Assembly: GCF_039383305.1 (NCBI RefSeq)
Contig: NZ_CP135009.1
Coordinates: 270,001-302,000 of the forward strand
Reading direction: 5' to 3'
Source of the DNA: Candidatus Saccharimonadota bacterium
GTDB taxonomy: Bacteria > Pseudomonadota > Gammaproteobacteria > Enterobacterales > Enterobacteriaceae
DNA: 32,000 nucleotides
The notes below the pieces were generated by a model. It was not told the DNA's origin and searched no databases. It was given only the letters and a program-made list of their open reading frames with translations. Of this stretch, positions 9,662-20,597 are shown in pieces. Position 1 is the stretch's first letter. Each line of letters starts with the position of its first letter. A program made the position numbers and the translations under genes.

Positions 9662-11491
9662 TTAATCTTTCCAACCTTTTGGAGCACTAACTAATTTTCT
9701 TAACATTAATTCTTGTATTTGTTTTGAATCAATAGTTTCATATTTTAATAATGCATTTTTCATAGCATGCAAAATATCTAAATTTTTTTCTAAAATTTTT
9801 CGTGCTCGTTGATAATTTATATCAATTAATAATTTAATTTCTTCATCTATAATATGAGTCGTTTCATTAGATAAATTATTAAATTTTGTAACGGATTTTC
9901 CTAAAAAAATTTCATTATTTTCTTTATGATATAATAAAGGACCCAAACGATTTGAAAAACCCCATTTAGTTACCATATTCCTCGCTAAATCAGTTGCCAT
10001 TTTAATATCATTAGAAGAACCAGTAGAAATATTTTTTGAACCGTAAATAATTTCTTCTGCAAGTCTTCCACCATATAAAGTAGAAATTTTACTTTCTAGT
10101 TTTTGACGACTATAACTTAAAATATCTCTTTCAGGTAAAAATAAAGTAACACCCAAAGCCCGTCCTCTAGGAATAATAGTAACTTTATGTACCGCATCAT
10201 GTTCAGGTACTAATTGACCTATAATAACATGTCCCGCTTCATGATAAGCTGTAGATTCCTTTTGAAGATCAGTCATAACTAATGATCTTCTTTCAATACC
10301 CATAGTAATTTTATCTTTTGCTTTTTCAAATTCATCCATAGAAACTACTATATTATTAAATCTAGCAGCTAACAAAGCAGCCTCATTTACTAAATTAGCT
10401 AAATCTGCACCTGAAAATCCTGGAGTACCTCGAGCTAAAATTCTCAATTTTACATCTTTAGAGAGAGGAATTTTTTTAATATGTAATTTTAATATTTCTT
10501 CTCGACCTCGAATATCTGGTAGAGAAACAACAACTTGACGATCAAATCTACCTGGTCTTAACAATGCAGGGTCCAATACATCTGGACGATTAGTTGCTGC
10601 TATTAAAATAATCCCTTCATTTCCTTCAAAACCATCCATTTCAACTAAAATTTGATTTAAAGTTTGTTCTCGTTCATCATGCCCCCCCCCTAAACCAGAA
10701 CCTCTTTGACGTCCAACAGCATCTATTTCATCAATAAAAATAATACAAGGCGCATATTTACGAGAATTTTCAAACATATTACGAACTCGCGAAGCTCCTA
10801 CACCAACAAACATTTCTACAAAATCAGAACCAGAAATTGTAAAAAAAGGAACTTTTGCTTCACCTGCAATAGCTTTTGCCAATAAAGTTTTTCCGGTACC
10901 TGGAGGTCCTACCATTAAAATTCCTTTAGGAATTTTCCCTCCTAACTTCTGAAAACGTTTAGGTTCTTTTAAATATTCTACTAACTCAGATACTTCTTCT
11001 TTAGCTTCATCACAACCAGCTACATCAGAAAAAGTAATTTTAATTTCATTTTTTGCTAACATTTTTGCTTTACTTTTTCCAAAAGATAAAATTCCTTTTC
11101 CTCCTCCTAATTTCATTTTTTTCATAAAAAAAATCCAAACACATATTAATAAAAACATTGGAAACCAAGACACGAAAATAGTAAAAAAAATATTAGGTTT
11201 TTTAGAAATTATTCCAACAATTTTAATTTTCTTTTTTAATAAAATATTTAATAAATTTGCATCATACATAGGTAAAAAAGTTATATATCTATTATTATTT
11301 TTTTTAACAACTTCTATTTTTCGACCATTAATACATACTTTTTTAATTTCATTATTTGTAACTTCTGATAAAAATTCAGAATAATGATTTATATCTATTT
11401 TAGATTTTTGAAAATTTATATTATGAAATATTGACATTAAAATAATAGTTATAAAAGACCATAACATTAAATTTTTTATAGTACCCTTCAA
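9662..11491 (-). CDS. ftsH: ATP-dependent zinc metalloprotease FtsH
   Basis: The 609-aa ORF has Walker A GPPGTGKT, Walker [24 protein letters not shown] and the zinc motif HEAGH. It is collinear with E. coli FtsH. The start is TTG (rc of 11489-11491), with TGAGGA 6 nt upstream. Confidence 0.97.
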   Translation of the reverse strand: MKGTIKNLMLWSFITIILMSIFHNINFQKSKIDINHYSEFLSEVTNNEIKKVCINGRKIEVVKKNNNRYITFLPMYDANLLNILLKKKIKIVGIISKKPNIFFTIFVSWFPMFLLICVWIFFMKKMKLGGGKGILSFGKSKAKMLAKNEIKITFSDVAGCDEAKEEVSELVEYLKEPKRFQKLGGKIPKGILMVGPPGTGKTLLAKAIAGEAKVPFFTISGSDFVEMFVGVGASRVRNMFENSRKYAPCIIFIDEIDAVGRQRGSGLGGGHDEREQTLNQILVEMDGFEGNEGIILIAATNRPDVLDPALLRPGRFDRQVVVSLPDIRGREEILKLHIKKIPLSKDVKLRILARGTPGFSGADLANLVNEAALLAARFNNIVVSMDEFEKAKDKITMGIERRSLVMTDLQKESTAYHEAGHVIIGQLVPEHDAVHKVTIIPRGRALGVTLFLPERDILSYSRQKLESKISTLYGGRLAEEIIYGSKNISTGSSNDIKMATDLARNMVTKWGFSNRLGPLLYHKENNEIFLGKSVTKFNNLSNETTHIIDEEIKLLIDINYQRARKILEKNLDILHAMKNALLKYETIDSKQIQELMLRKLVSAPKGWKD

Positions 11492-11530
11492 AAGAAATCC
11501 TCACATGACATCTATAAAAGAATTCATGAA

Positions 11531-12160
11531 TTAAATTTTTCGTTGATTAGCCACAATAAAAACTTCTCGCGATTTTTTTCGTGAAGTTTTAAGTTTAAAA
11601 ATTTTAACTATTAAAAAATATTTTTTAATATGCTGTATATAAAATTGAAATCCCACTCCTTGAAATAATTTAAAAATTAAATATCCTTTTTTAGATAATA
11701 ATTTTATAGATATTGTTAAAACAATATCACATAAATTAAAAAAATTTTCATTATCAATAATTGTAAAACCACTAATATTAGGAGATATATCCGATGTTAT
11801 AACATCACATTTTTTTTTTTTTAATAAAAAAACAATTTTTTCAATTAAAATAGTATTTTGAATATCTCCTAAAATAAAAAATACATTTGGTATTTTTTTC
11901 ATTGGCAATCTATCACATGCAATAATTCTTCCTGTATTACCTATTTTTTTTTGAATATATTCAGACCATCCGCCAGGAGAAGAACCTAAATCTATAACAC
12001 ACATTCCTTTTTTAAAAATTTTTAAATTATTATCTAATTCCTGTAATTTAAACCACGCTCTAGAACGTAAATTCTTTTGATTTCTTTTTTGAATAAAAAA
12101 GTCTTTTAAAGAATTTTTATACCATTTTATTGATTTTAGACTATATTTTCTTTTAATCAT
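11531..12160 (-). CDS. rlmE: 23S rRNA (uridine2552-2'-O)-methyltransferase RlmE (FtsJ)
   Basis: The 209-aa ORF contains LRSRAWFKLQELD...KKGMCVIDLGSSPGGWSEY, which matches E. coli RlmE (GLRSRAWFKLDEI...PGMTVVDLGAAPGGWSQY). It lies directly upstream of ftsH, as in E. coli. Confidence 0.95.
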   Translation of the reverse strand: MIKRKYSLKSIKWYKNSLKDFFIQKRNQKNLRSRAWFKLQELDNNLKIFKKGMCVIDLGSSPGGWSEYIQKKIGNTGRIIACDRLPMKKIPNVFFILGDIQNTILIEKIVFLLKKKKCDVITSDISPNISGFTIIDNENFFNLCDIVLTISIKLLSKKGYLIFKLFQGVGFQFYIQHIKKYFLIVKIFKLKTSRKKSREVFIVANQRKI

Positions 12161-12324
12161 TATTTTTAAAATTTATTTTTTTTTCATCTAATAAAATTTC
12201 CAATTTGATTTATTAAATATATTTAAAATTTTTTTAAAAAATTATAATGTAAATATTTTATTTATATAAAATTTTACTAAAAAATTAAAAAAAATTTTTA
12301 TTTTTTTAAGAAAAAATTTGTTTT

Positions 12325-12807
12325 TTACAAAATATGTTTAATTTTTAAAATTTTATATTGAATTTCCCCTAAAGGTGTATTAATAACCACTACATCATTA
12401 ATTTTTTTACGTATTAATCCTCGAGCCATAGGTGAATAAATAGAAATTGTATTTTTTTTAAAATTAGCTTCATCATCCCCAACAATTTGATAAGAATATT
12501 TTTTTTTTGTACATAATTTCATAATAGTAATTGTTACACCAAAAATTACAATACCAGTATATGGAATTTTTGTAATATCAATCACTGATGCTTTAGATAA
12601 TTTACGAGTAATTTCAGAAATTCTTCCTTCACAAAAAAATTGCTCTTCACGAGCAGCATGATATTCAGCATTTTCTTTTAAATCTCCTAATTTACGAGCT
12701 TCTGAAATTGCTAAAATAATTTTTTTTCTTTTAACAAATTTTAAATCTGATAATTCTTTCTTTAATTGTAAAAAACCTTTTAATGTCATAGGAATATTTG
12801 AAATCAC
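12325..12807 (-). CDS. greA: transcription elongation factor GreA
   Basis: The 160-aa ORF has IPMTLKGFLQLKKEL..AISEARKLGDLKENAEYHAAREEQFFCEGRI, which matches E. coli GreA. The start is GTG (rc of 12805-12807), with AAGGA 6 nt upstream. Confidence 0.95.
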   Translation of the reverse strand: MISNIPMTLKGFLQLKKELSDLKFVKRKKIILAISEARKLGDLKENAEYHAAREEQFFCEGRISEITRKLSKASVIDITKIPYTGIVIFGVTITIMKLCTKKKYSYQIVGDDEANFKKNTISIYSPMARGLIRKKINDVVVINTPLGEIQYKILKIKHIL

Positions 12808-13046
12808 CTAATTTCCTTTTTAAATTATTATAAAAAATTTGAATTATATAAAATGTAAAGATTTTATTATTATATAAAAAAATATTTTATATTTAAGCTT
12901 TCTTATAAAATATTTTTTAATTATAATAAAAAAAATAAAATATTATATCAATTTCTCTAAAAAATCTGTAATATTAAAATATTAATAATATATATCTAAT
13001 TTAAAATGATACTATAAAATCTTTTTTATTATTTTCTTAAAATATT

Positions 13047-13307
13047 ATGAATACACAACATACAAAAATTAAAAAATTATTAAAAAAAAAATTATCTTTA
13101 AAAAAAATTATCATAAAAGGTTTTGAAAAAAATATTGAAATTATAGCGATAGGAGAAATTTTTTTAAATTTAAAAACAGTACAAAGAGAAAAAATTATTT
13201 ATTTTCCATTAATGAAATATTTTCAAAATAATGATATACATTCAATTTGTATACAAACATATACATTACAAGAATGGAAAAAATATAAAAAAAATCATTA
13301 TCTATAA
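13047..13307 (+). CDS. ibaG: BolA-family protein IbaG (YrbA)
   Basis: The 86-aa ORF contains IEIIAIGEIFLNLKTVQREKIIYFPLMKYFQNNDIHSICIQTYTLQEW. This aligns with E. coli IbaG [48 protein letters not shown]. The length matches (84 aa in E. coli). Confidence 0.85.
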   Translation: MNTQHTKIKKLLKKKLSLKKIIIKGFEKNIEIIAIGEIFLNLKTVQREKIIYFPLMKYFQNNDIHSICIQTYTLQEWKKYKKNHYL

Positions 13308-13461
13308 AAATTTTATAAATTTCTTTTTAATTAAAATATTTCTAATAAGAAATATTCAATATATCAAAAAAATAAAAAAATTTTAATATTTTTTTAAAAT
13401 AAATATAAAAAAATATTATTATAAAATAATTTTAACAAAAAATTTTCTCATGAGAAAAATT

Positions 13462-13779
13462 ATGTATGCTATTTTAAAACATTATAATCAACAATATAAA
13501 GTTAAAATTGGACAAACAATTCGTTTAGAAAAAATTAATGAAAAAATAGGAAAAATAATATTTTTTAAAGAAATTTTATTAATTTCTATTAAAAATCATG
13601 TTTTTTTTGGAGATCCAATAATTAAAAAATCTTATATTTCCGGAAAAATTAAAAAACATGGTAAAAATAAAAAAATTAAAATTATAAAATTTAATAGAAG
13701 AAAACATTATAAAAAAACACAAGGGCATAGACAAAAATATACTGAAGTTTTAATAGAAAAAATTATTTATACTAAATAA
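13462..13779 (+). CDS. rplU: 50S ribosomal protein L21
   Basis: [25 protein letters not shown]...[26 protein letters not shown] matches E. coli L21 ([25 protein letters not shown]...[26 protein letters not shown]). The ORF track offers an ATG 4 codons upstream, at 13450. The homologous start is 13462. Confidence 0.95.
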   Translation: MYAILKHYNQQYKVKIGQTIRLEKINEKIGKIIFFKEILLISIKNHVFFGDPIIKKSYISGKIKKHGKNKKIKIIKFNRRKHYKKTQGHRQKYTEVLIEKIIYTK

Positions 13780-13790
13780 CGAGAAAATTT

Positions 13791-14051
13791 ATGGCACACA
13801 AAAAAGCTGGCGGATCTACAAGAAATGGACGTGATTCTAAATCTAAAAGATTAGGTATTAAAAAATATGGAGGTGAATTCGTTAAAGCAGGAAATATTCT
13901 TATAAAACAAAGAGGTACTAAATTCCATGCTGGAAAAAATGTTAAATGCGGGAAAGATCACACTTTATTTGCTCTTATAAATGGAATCGTAAAATTTCAA
14001 AAAAAAGGAATTCCTCAAAAAAAATATATACATATTATGAAAAAATTTTAA
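13791..14051 (+). CDS. rpmA: 50S ribosomal protein L27
   Basis: [61 protein letters not shown] is nearly identical to E. coli L27. It follows rplU, as in the rplU-rpmA operon. Confidence 0.98.
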   Translation: MAHKKAGGSTRNGRDSKSKRLGIKKYGGEFVKAGNILIKQRGTKFHAGKNVKCGKDHTLFALINGIVKFQKKGIPQKKYIHIMKKF

Positions 14052-14114
14052 TTTTTTTTTAAAAAAATTTATATAAATATTTTTTTAAAGAACATAATAT
14101 AAATTAAAAATTAA

Positions 14115-15143
<1,029 letters not shown>

Positions 15144-15282
15144 ATTTTTATAAATAAAATATAAAATATTTTTTAAATATCTTTATTTAAAAAATAAAAT
15201 TTTTCTTATCAAATATTTTTTAATTTTCTTAAAAAATATATACTATACTAAAAAAATTTTATATTTTTATAAAAATAAGTTC

Positions 15283-15310
15283 CCCGGATAAAAATTTTTC
15301 CGGGTTTTTT
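15283..15310 (+). terminator. intrinsic terminator between the convergent obgE and rpsI genes
   Basis: CCCGGA (15283-15288) and TCCGGG (15299-15304) form a GC-rich stem. T6 (15305-15310) follows immediately on the + strand. This is the only G/C cluster in the 180-bp spacer. An A-rich stretch lies upstream, so it may also act on the minus strand after rpsI. Confidence 0.7.
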
Positions 15311-15323
15311 ATAAAATTTTAAT

Positions 15324-15716
15324 TTATCTCTTCGAAAATTGTGGTTTTTTTCTAGATTTTCTTAAACCAAATTTTTTACGTTCTACACGTCGAGAATCAC
15401 GAGTTACAAAACCTGCATCACGTAAATCTTTTCTTAAAGATATATCATATTGTATTAAAGCTTTTGTTATACCTTGACGTATAGCTCCAGCTTGACCAGA
15501 AATACCCCCTCCTTTAACTGTAATATAAAAATCAAAAAAATCTTTCATATTAATTAATACAAGAGGTTGTATGACAATCATACAAGATGTTTTACGACTA
15601 AAATATTTATTTAATATACATTTATTAATAAAAATTTTACCCGTTCCTTTTTTTAAAAAAACTCTTGCTGAAGAACTTTTTCTTCGTCCTGTTCCATAAT
15701 TTAATATTTTAGACAT
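15324..15716 (-). CDS. rpsI: 30S ribosomal protein S9
   Basis: The 130-aa ORF contains [24 protein letters not shown]...[19 protein letters not shown]...[24 protein letters not shown], which is the canonical S9 sequence. Confidence 0.98.
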   Translation of the reverse strand: MSKILNYGTGRRKSSSARVFLKKGTGKIFINKCILNKYFSRKTSCMIVIQPLVLINMKDFFDFYITVKGGGISGQAGAIRQGITKALIQYDISLRKDLRDAGFVTRDSRRVERKKFGLRKSRKKPQFSKR

Positions 15717-15742
15717 AATATCCTTTATTTAAACAATTAATT

Positions 15743-16171
15743 TTAAAAATTTAAAAAAATTGGTTTTTGTGCCATATGAATATGTACATTCTTTGAAAAA
15801 ATTTTTAATTTTTTAAATATACAACGACCTAAAATTCCTTTTGGTAACATCCCTCGTACAGATTTTTCAATAATTCGTTCCGGAAAATTTTGTAACATAT
15901 CTTGAAAAGTACATTTTTTAATACCTCCTATATATCCTGTATGATGATAATAAATTTTATTTTTATATTTTTTACCACTAACCAAAATTTTTGATGCATT
16001 CAAAACAATAACATAATCTCCTACATCTATATTCGGTGTATATTCTGGTTTATTTTTACCTCTTAAATATTTTACTATTACTGTAGATAATCTACCTAAA
16101 ATTTTATCTGTAGCGTCTATACAATACCACTTTTTTTGAATCATATTTTTTTTTGCAATATAACTTTTCAT
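15743..16171 (-). CDS. rplM: 50S ribosomal protein L13
   Basis: The 142-aa ORF has KKWYCIDATDKILGRLSTVIVKYLRGKNKPEYTPNIDVGDYVIVLNA, which matches E. coli L13. The rplM-rpsI operon order is conserved. Confidence 0.98.
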   Translation of the reverse strand: MKSYIAKKNMIQKKWYCIDATDKILGRLSTVIVKYLRGKNKPEYTPNIDVGDYVIVLNASKILVSGKKYKNKIYYHHTGYIGGIKKCTFQDMLQNFPERIIEKSVRGMLPKGILGRCIFKKLKIFSKNVHIHMAQKPIFLNF

Positions 16172-16406
16172 AAAACTCCTTATTAAAAATTATAAAAATA
16201 TTTTTTCAAACATTTTAAAAATTTTTTTAATTCTATATTTTTTAAAAAAAAAATATGTTATTATAAAATTTTTATGTTTTTAAAAAAATTTTAAAAAATC
16301 TCACTTCATAAAATTTTATTTACTAAAAAATAAAAATCTTTAAAATAATATTTTTTTTTAAAAAAAATAATTTTTAACTTTTCAAAATTAAATTTAGGAT
16401 TTATAT

Positions 16407-17522
16407 ATGAATACTACGCATTCATTAAAATTATATAGAAATGGAATCAATAATATTGATCATCAAATTTTAAAACTTTTATCACAAAGAGAAAAATTAT
16501 CCATTAATATTGTATTAGAAAAAATTAAAAATAAAATTAATATATATGATCCAATTCGTGAAAAAGAATTGTTTTCTATTTTAGAAAAAAAAAGTAATTT
16601 ATATAAATTAGATCCTATTTTTATAAAAAAATTATTTTTAATTATTATTCAAAATTCAGTTCTTCTACAAAAAAAATTTAAAACAGAAATAAAAAAAAAA
16701 AAAAAAATATGTAAATTATTAGGACCTGAAGGCTCATATTCACATATTGCATTTAACAAACTTTTAATTTCAAATACTGAAAATTTAATTCCAAAATTTT
16801 ATAAAAGTTTTTCTGAAATAAATACTTCATTACAAGAAAAAAAAAATTTTTTATTATTACCATTAGAAAATAATATTACAGGAATTATTTCTGAAGTATA
16901 TCAATTATTAAAAAAAAAAAAATTATATATTAAAAAAGAAATTTATCTTGAAATTAAACATTATTTGTTATCATATCAAAATTTATCATTTCATAAAATT
17001 CAACATATTTATAGTCATAAACAACCTTTTCTACAATGTTCAAAATTTTTAAAAAATTTTCCTACTTGGAAAAAATATTTTTGTAATAGCACCTCAGAAG
17101 CTATAAAAAAAACTTTTAAAAAAAAAAACTCAGTGGTTTTAGGTAATTATCTAGGTAAAAATTTATATAATTTATTTACATTATCCAAAAATATTTCTAA
17201 TCAAAAAAAAAATATTACACGTTTTGTTTTTGTCACATCAAAAAAACCTTATTTTTTTTTAAAAAAAAAATTTAAAATTACTATAATGTTTCAATTATAT
17301 AATTATAAACATAAAATAAATAAAATTTTAAATATACTTTCACAATATAAATGTATTGTTTTAAAATTATTAAGTAATTTACAAAACAAAAATATCTTAA
17401 AAAAAATATTTTTATTAGATTTACAAACATTTCAAATAAATCTAGATGTAAAAAAAATATTTTCTAAAATTAAAAAAATTACACATTCTTTTCAAATTCT
17501 AGGAACTTCTAAAATAAATTAA
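16407..17522 (+). CDS. pheA: bifunctional chorismate mutase / prephenate dehydratase (P-protein)
   Basis: The 371-aa ORF is collinear with E. coli PheA. Matching segments include LFLIIIQNSVLLQ (CM domain), LGPEGSYSH, LPLENNITG, IYSHKQPFLQCSKFL, NSTSEA and NITRFVF (PDT domain). A C-terminal ACT-like region is present. AGGA lies 7 nt upstream of the ATG. Confidence 0.93.
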   Translation: MNTTHSLKLYRNGINNIDHQILKLLSQREKLSINIVLEKIKNKINIYDPIREKELFSILEKKSNLYKLDPIFIKKLFLIIIQNSVLLQKKFKTEIKKKKKICKLLGPEGSYSHIAFNKLLISNTENLIPKFYKSFSEINTSLQEKKNFLLLPLENNITGIISEVYQLLKKKKLYIKKEIYLEIKHYLLSYQNLSFHKIQHIYSHKQPFLQCSKFLKNFPTWKKYFCNSTSEAIKKTFKKKNSVVLGNYLGKNLYNLFTLSKNISNQKKNITRFVFVTSKKPYFFLKKKFKITIMFQLYNYKHKINKILNILSQYKCIVLKLLSNLQNKNILKKIFLLDLQTFQINLDVKKIFSKIKKITHSFQILGTSKIN

Positions 17523-17637
17523 AAATTCTTTTAAAAAAATATTAATAATATATTTAAAAAATATAAAAAATAATTATATTTTTAAAAAATTTCTTAAATA
17601 TATCTCAATATTTTTTAGAAAAAATGAGAAAAATATT

Positions 17638-18984
17638 ATGTTTATCAATTTAAGTAAAAAATTTTCTAAAATTTTTCAAAATATTACTCAAAAAGGACGT
17701 TTAACAAAAAAAAATATAGAAAAAACTTTAAAAAAAGTACAATATATTTTATTAGAAGCTGATGTTTCAATTTCTGTAATTAAAAAATTAAGTGAAATTT
17801 TAAAAAAAAAAACAATTGGCAAAATAATTAATAAAAGTTTAACTCCAGGTCAAGAATTCTTAAATATTGTCCAAAAAGAATTAATTCAATTAATAGATTT
17901 TCCAAATAAAAATATTAATTTTAATACTAAACCTCCTGCTATATTTTTAATTGTAGGATTACAAGGATCAGGAAAAACTACTAGTGTAATTAAATTAGCA
18001 ATGTTATTAACATCAAAATTTAAAAAAAAAGTTTCCGTAGTTTCTACTGATATTATTCGACCTGCTGCTATTGAACAATTAAGAATTCTAAGTCAAAACA
18101 CAAATATTAATTTTATAAATAGTCTTACTTCCCAAACACCATTAGAAATTTCAAAAAATGCTATCGAATATTCAAAAAAAAAATTATTTGATATTTTAAT
18201 TATTGATACTTCAGGACGTTTACATAATAACAAAAAAATGATGATAGAACTTCAAAATTTACAAAATTTTATTAAACCTATTGAAACTTTATTTGTTATT
18301 GATTCTATGACTGGTCAAGATGGAATCAATTTAATTAAAAATTTTAATAACTTTTTAAAAATCTCAGGTATCATTTTAACAAAATTAGACAGCGATCATA
18401 AAGGAGGTATTACATTATCTATTTCTCAACTAACTAACATTCCTATTAAACTAATTGGTAATGGAGAAAAAAAATTTGATATGGAATTTTTTTATCCTAA
18501 ACGAATTATAAAAAGAATTTTAGGTATGGGAGATGTTTTTTCTTTAATTGAAGATTTAAAAAAAAAAATTAAAAAAACTACTGCGTTAAAATTAGAAAAA
18601 AAATTAAAAAAAGGAAAAAATTTTAATTTAAAAGATTTTTTAATACAAATTCAAGAAATTAAAAAAATAGGAGATCTGAACATCTTAAAAAATAAATTAC
18701 CAATTAAATTTTTGACACAAAATCAAAACATTTACAATTTAAATGAAATTACTTTAAAAAAAATGGAAGCAATGATATTATCAATGACATCTTTAGAAAA
18801 AGAAGAACCTAAAATTTTAAATTATTCTAGAAAAAAAAGAATTTCTCTAGGATCTGGAATTCAAATACAAGAAATTAACAATTATCTAAAACAATTTAGA
18901 AATATTCAACGTTTTATGAAAAAAATAAACAAAAAAAATACTAATACAATTTTTCAGAATTTTAAAAATCTTTTTAAAAATTAA
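17638..18984 (+). CDS. ffh: signal recognition particle protein Ffh
   Basis: The 448-aa ORF begins MFINLSKKFSKIFQNITQKGRLTKKNIEKTLKKVQYILLEADVS, matching the E. coli Ffh N-terminus. The GTPase motifs GLQGSGKTT, DTSGR and TKLD are present, together with a Met/Lys-rich M domain. Confidence 0.96.
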   Translation: MFINLSKKFSKIFQNITQKGRLTKKNIEKTLKKVQYILLEADVSISVIKKLSEILKKKTIGKIINKSLTPGQEFLNIVQKELIQLIDFPNKNINFNTKPPAIFLIVGLQGSGKTTSVIKLAMLLTSKFKKKVSVVSTDIIRPAAIEQLRILSQNTNINFINSLTSQTPLEISKNAIEYSKKKLFDILIIDTSGRLHNNKKMMIELQNLQNFIKPIETLFVIDSMTGQDGINLIKNFNNFLKISGIILTKLDSDHKGGITLSISQLTNIPIKLIGNGEKKFDMEFFYPKRIIKRILGMGDVFSLIEDLKKKIKKTTALKLEKKLKKGKNFNLKDFLIQIQEIKKIGDLNILKNKLPIKFLTQNQNIYNLNEITLKKMEAMILSMTSLEKEEPKILNYSRKKRISLGSGIQIQEINNYLKQFRNIQRFMKKINKKNTNTIFQNFKNLFKN

Positions 18985-19037
18985 ATTTTTTAAAATATAT
19001 TTATAAATATTTAAAAAATTTAAATAAGGAAAAAACA

Positions 19038-19277
19038 ATGATTAAAATTAGATTAGCACGTCATGGTTCAAAAAAAAGACCATTTTATAAAATTATTTTA
19101 ACTGATGTACGATCAGCAAGAAATGGAAAATTTATTGAAAAATTAGGATTTTTTAATCCAATAGCAAACGGAAAAGAAAAAAAAATAAAATATAATTCAA
19201 AACGTATTCAATATTGGTTAAATATAGGTGCAAAAATGTCACAAAGAATAAAAACATTATTAAAAAAATATAAATAA
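19038..19277 (+). CDS. rpsP: 30S ribosomal protein S16
   Basis: MIKIRLARHGSKKRPFYKIILTDVRSARNGKFIEKLGFFNPIA matches E. coli S16. AAGGAA lies upstream of the ATG. Confidence 0.98.
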   Translation: MIKIRLARHGSKKRPFYKIILTDVRSARNGKFIEKLGFFNPIANGKEKKIKYNSKRIQYWLNIGAKMSQRIKTLLKKYK

Positions 19278-19304
19278 TATAAAATTCTCTATTAATAAAA
19301 ATCT

Positions 19305-19820
19305 ATGAATAAAAAAATTCTTATTGGAAAATTTGGTAAACCATATGGAGTTAAAGGATGGATAAAATTAATTTCATATACAACAATCTCAAAAAAAATA
19401 TTACAATATTTTCCTTGGTATTTAATTTCAATAAAAAAAAAATATGTAAAATCAGATATAAAAATGCAACAAAATTATAAAAAAAAAATTATTATATTAT
19501 TAAAAAATATACACAATCGTACTGAAATAGAATTTTTAAATAATCAAAAAATTTTTATTAATGAAAAAATTTTACCTACTTTAAAATATAATCAATATTA
19601 TTGGAAAGATCTTTTAAATTGTCAAGTTTATAATAATATGAATATAAATATAGGTATAGTTACAAAAATTTTAAACAATACTATTCATGACATTTTAGTA
19701 ATAAAAAAAATTTTTAAAAATTCTTCTAAAAAAACAATATTAATTCCTTTTATTTATCCAAATTATATAAAATCTGTAGATATTCTTAAAAAAAACATCA
19801 TTATAAATCCAGTATTATAA
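19305..19820 (+). CDS. rimM: 16S rRNA processing protein RimM
   Basis: The 171-aa ORF has ILIGKFGKPYGVKGWIKLISYT, which resembles E. coli RimM [21 protein letters not shown]. Position in the rpsP-rimM-trmD-rplS operon is conserved. Confidence 0.9.
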   Translation: MNKKILIGKFGKPYGVKGWIKLISYTTISKKILQYFPWYLISIKKKYVKSDIKMQQNYKKKIIILLKNIHNRTEIEFLNNQKIFINEKILPTLKYNQYYWKDLLNCQVYNNMNINIGIVTKILNNTIHDILVIKKIFKNSSKKTILIPFIYPNYIKSVDILKKNIIINPVL

Positions 19821-19853
19821 TATAAAACTTTTAAAAAATGTTTTCTAAGAAAT

Positions 19854-20597
19854 ATGATAAAATTTAAAATAATTACTATTTTTCCAGAAATGTTTTCTTC
19901 TTTTTTAAAATTTGGAATTTTAAAAAAAGCTATTAACACAAAAAAAATTCAAATAAATTTTTTTAATCCTCGAGAATACAGTCCTTATAAAAATAAAAAA
20001 ATAGATCATAAAACTTATGGTGGTGGACCAGGTATGGTTTTAATGTTTTTACCATTATGGAATGCTTTACAAGCAGCAAAAAAAAATATTTTACAAAAAA
20101 ATATTGTTATTTATCTTTCTCCACAAGGAAAAAAAATTACTCAAAAAAATATTCCATATTTATTTAAAAAAAAAAACATTATTTTAATTTGCGGAAGATA
20201 TGAAGGAATTGATGAAAGATTTATTAAACATGCAATTCATGAAGAATGGTCTATTGGAGATTATATTCTTACTGGAGGAGAATTACCAGCTATGATTATA
20301 ATAGACTTAATTACTCGTAACATACCTGGAGTTTTAAAAAAACCTCAAGTTTTAATTAAAGAATCTTTTTCACAAGGATTACTAGATTATTCTCATTATA
20401 CTAAACCTCAAAAAATATATAATTTGTCTGTTCCTAAAATTTTACTTTCAGGAAACCATTTAAAAATTAAAAATTGGCGTACAAAAAATTCTCTAAAAAA
20501 TACATGGAATAAACGACCTGAATTATTAAATACTAAAAAATATACAAAACAACAAAAAAAATATTTAAAAAATATAAAAAATAGAGATAAAATATGA
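19854..20597 (+). CDS. trmD: tRNA (guanine37-N1)-methyltransferase TrmD
   Basis: The 247-aa ORF contains [58 protein letters not shown] and LLSGNH, all matching E. coli TrmD. The TGA stop overlaps the rplS ATG (ATGA, 20594-20597). Confidence 0.97.
   Translation: MIKFKIITIFPEMFSSFLKFGILKKAINTKKIQINFFNPREYSPYKNKKIDHKTYGGGPGMVLMFLPLWNALQAAKKNILQKNIVIYLSPQGKKITQKNIPYLFKKKNIILICGRYEGIDERFIKHAIHEEWSIGDYILTGGELPAMIIIDLITRNIPGVLKKPQVLIKESFSQGLLDYSHYTKPQKIYNLSVPKILLSGNHLKIKNWRTKNSLKNTWNKRPELLNTKKYTKQQKKYLKNIKNRDKI

Noticed and set aside
12161-12324. Remnants of yhbY in the greA-rlmE spacer, and a mini-ORF ATG AAA AAA AAA TAA just upstream of rlmE.
   Set aside because: There is no frame with more than a few codons and no residual similarity visible by eye. 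The mini-ORF is a homopolymer artefact.
16274-16294. A mini-ORF, ATG TTT TTA AAA AAA TTT TAA, upstream of pheA, considered as a pheL-like Phe-rich leader peptide or attenuator.
   Set aside because: It has only 6 codons and 2 Phe. There is no Shine-Dalgarno and no alternative terminator/antiterminator hairpins downstream. Such ORFs arise by chance in pure A/T DNA.
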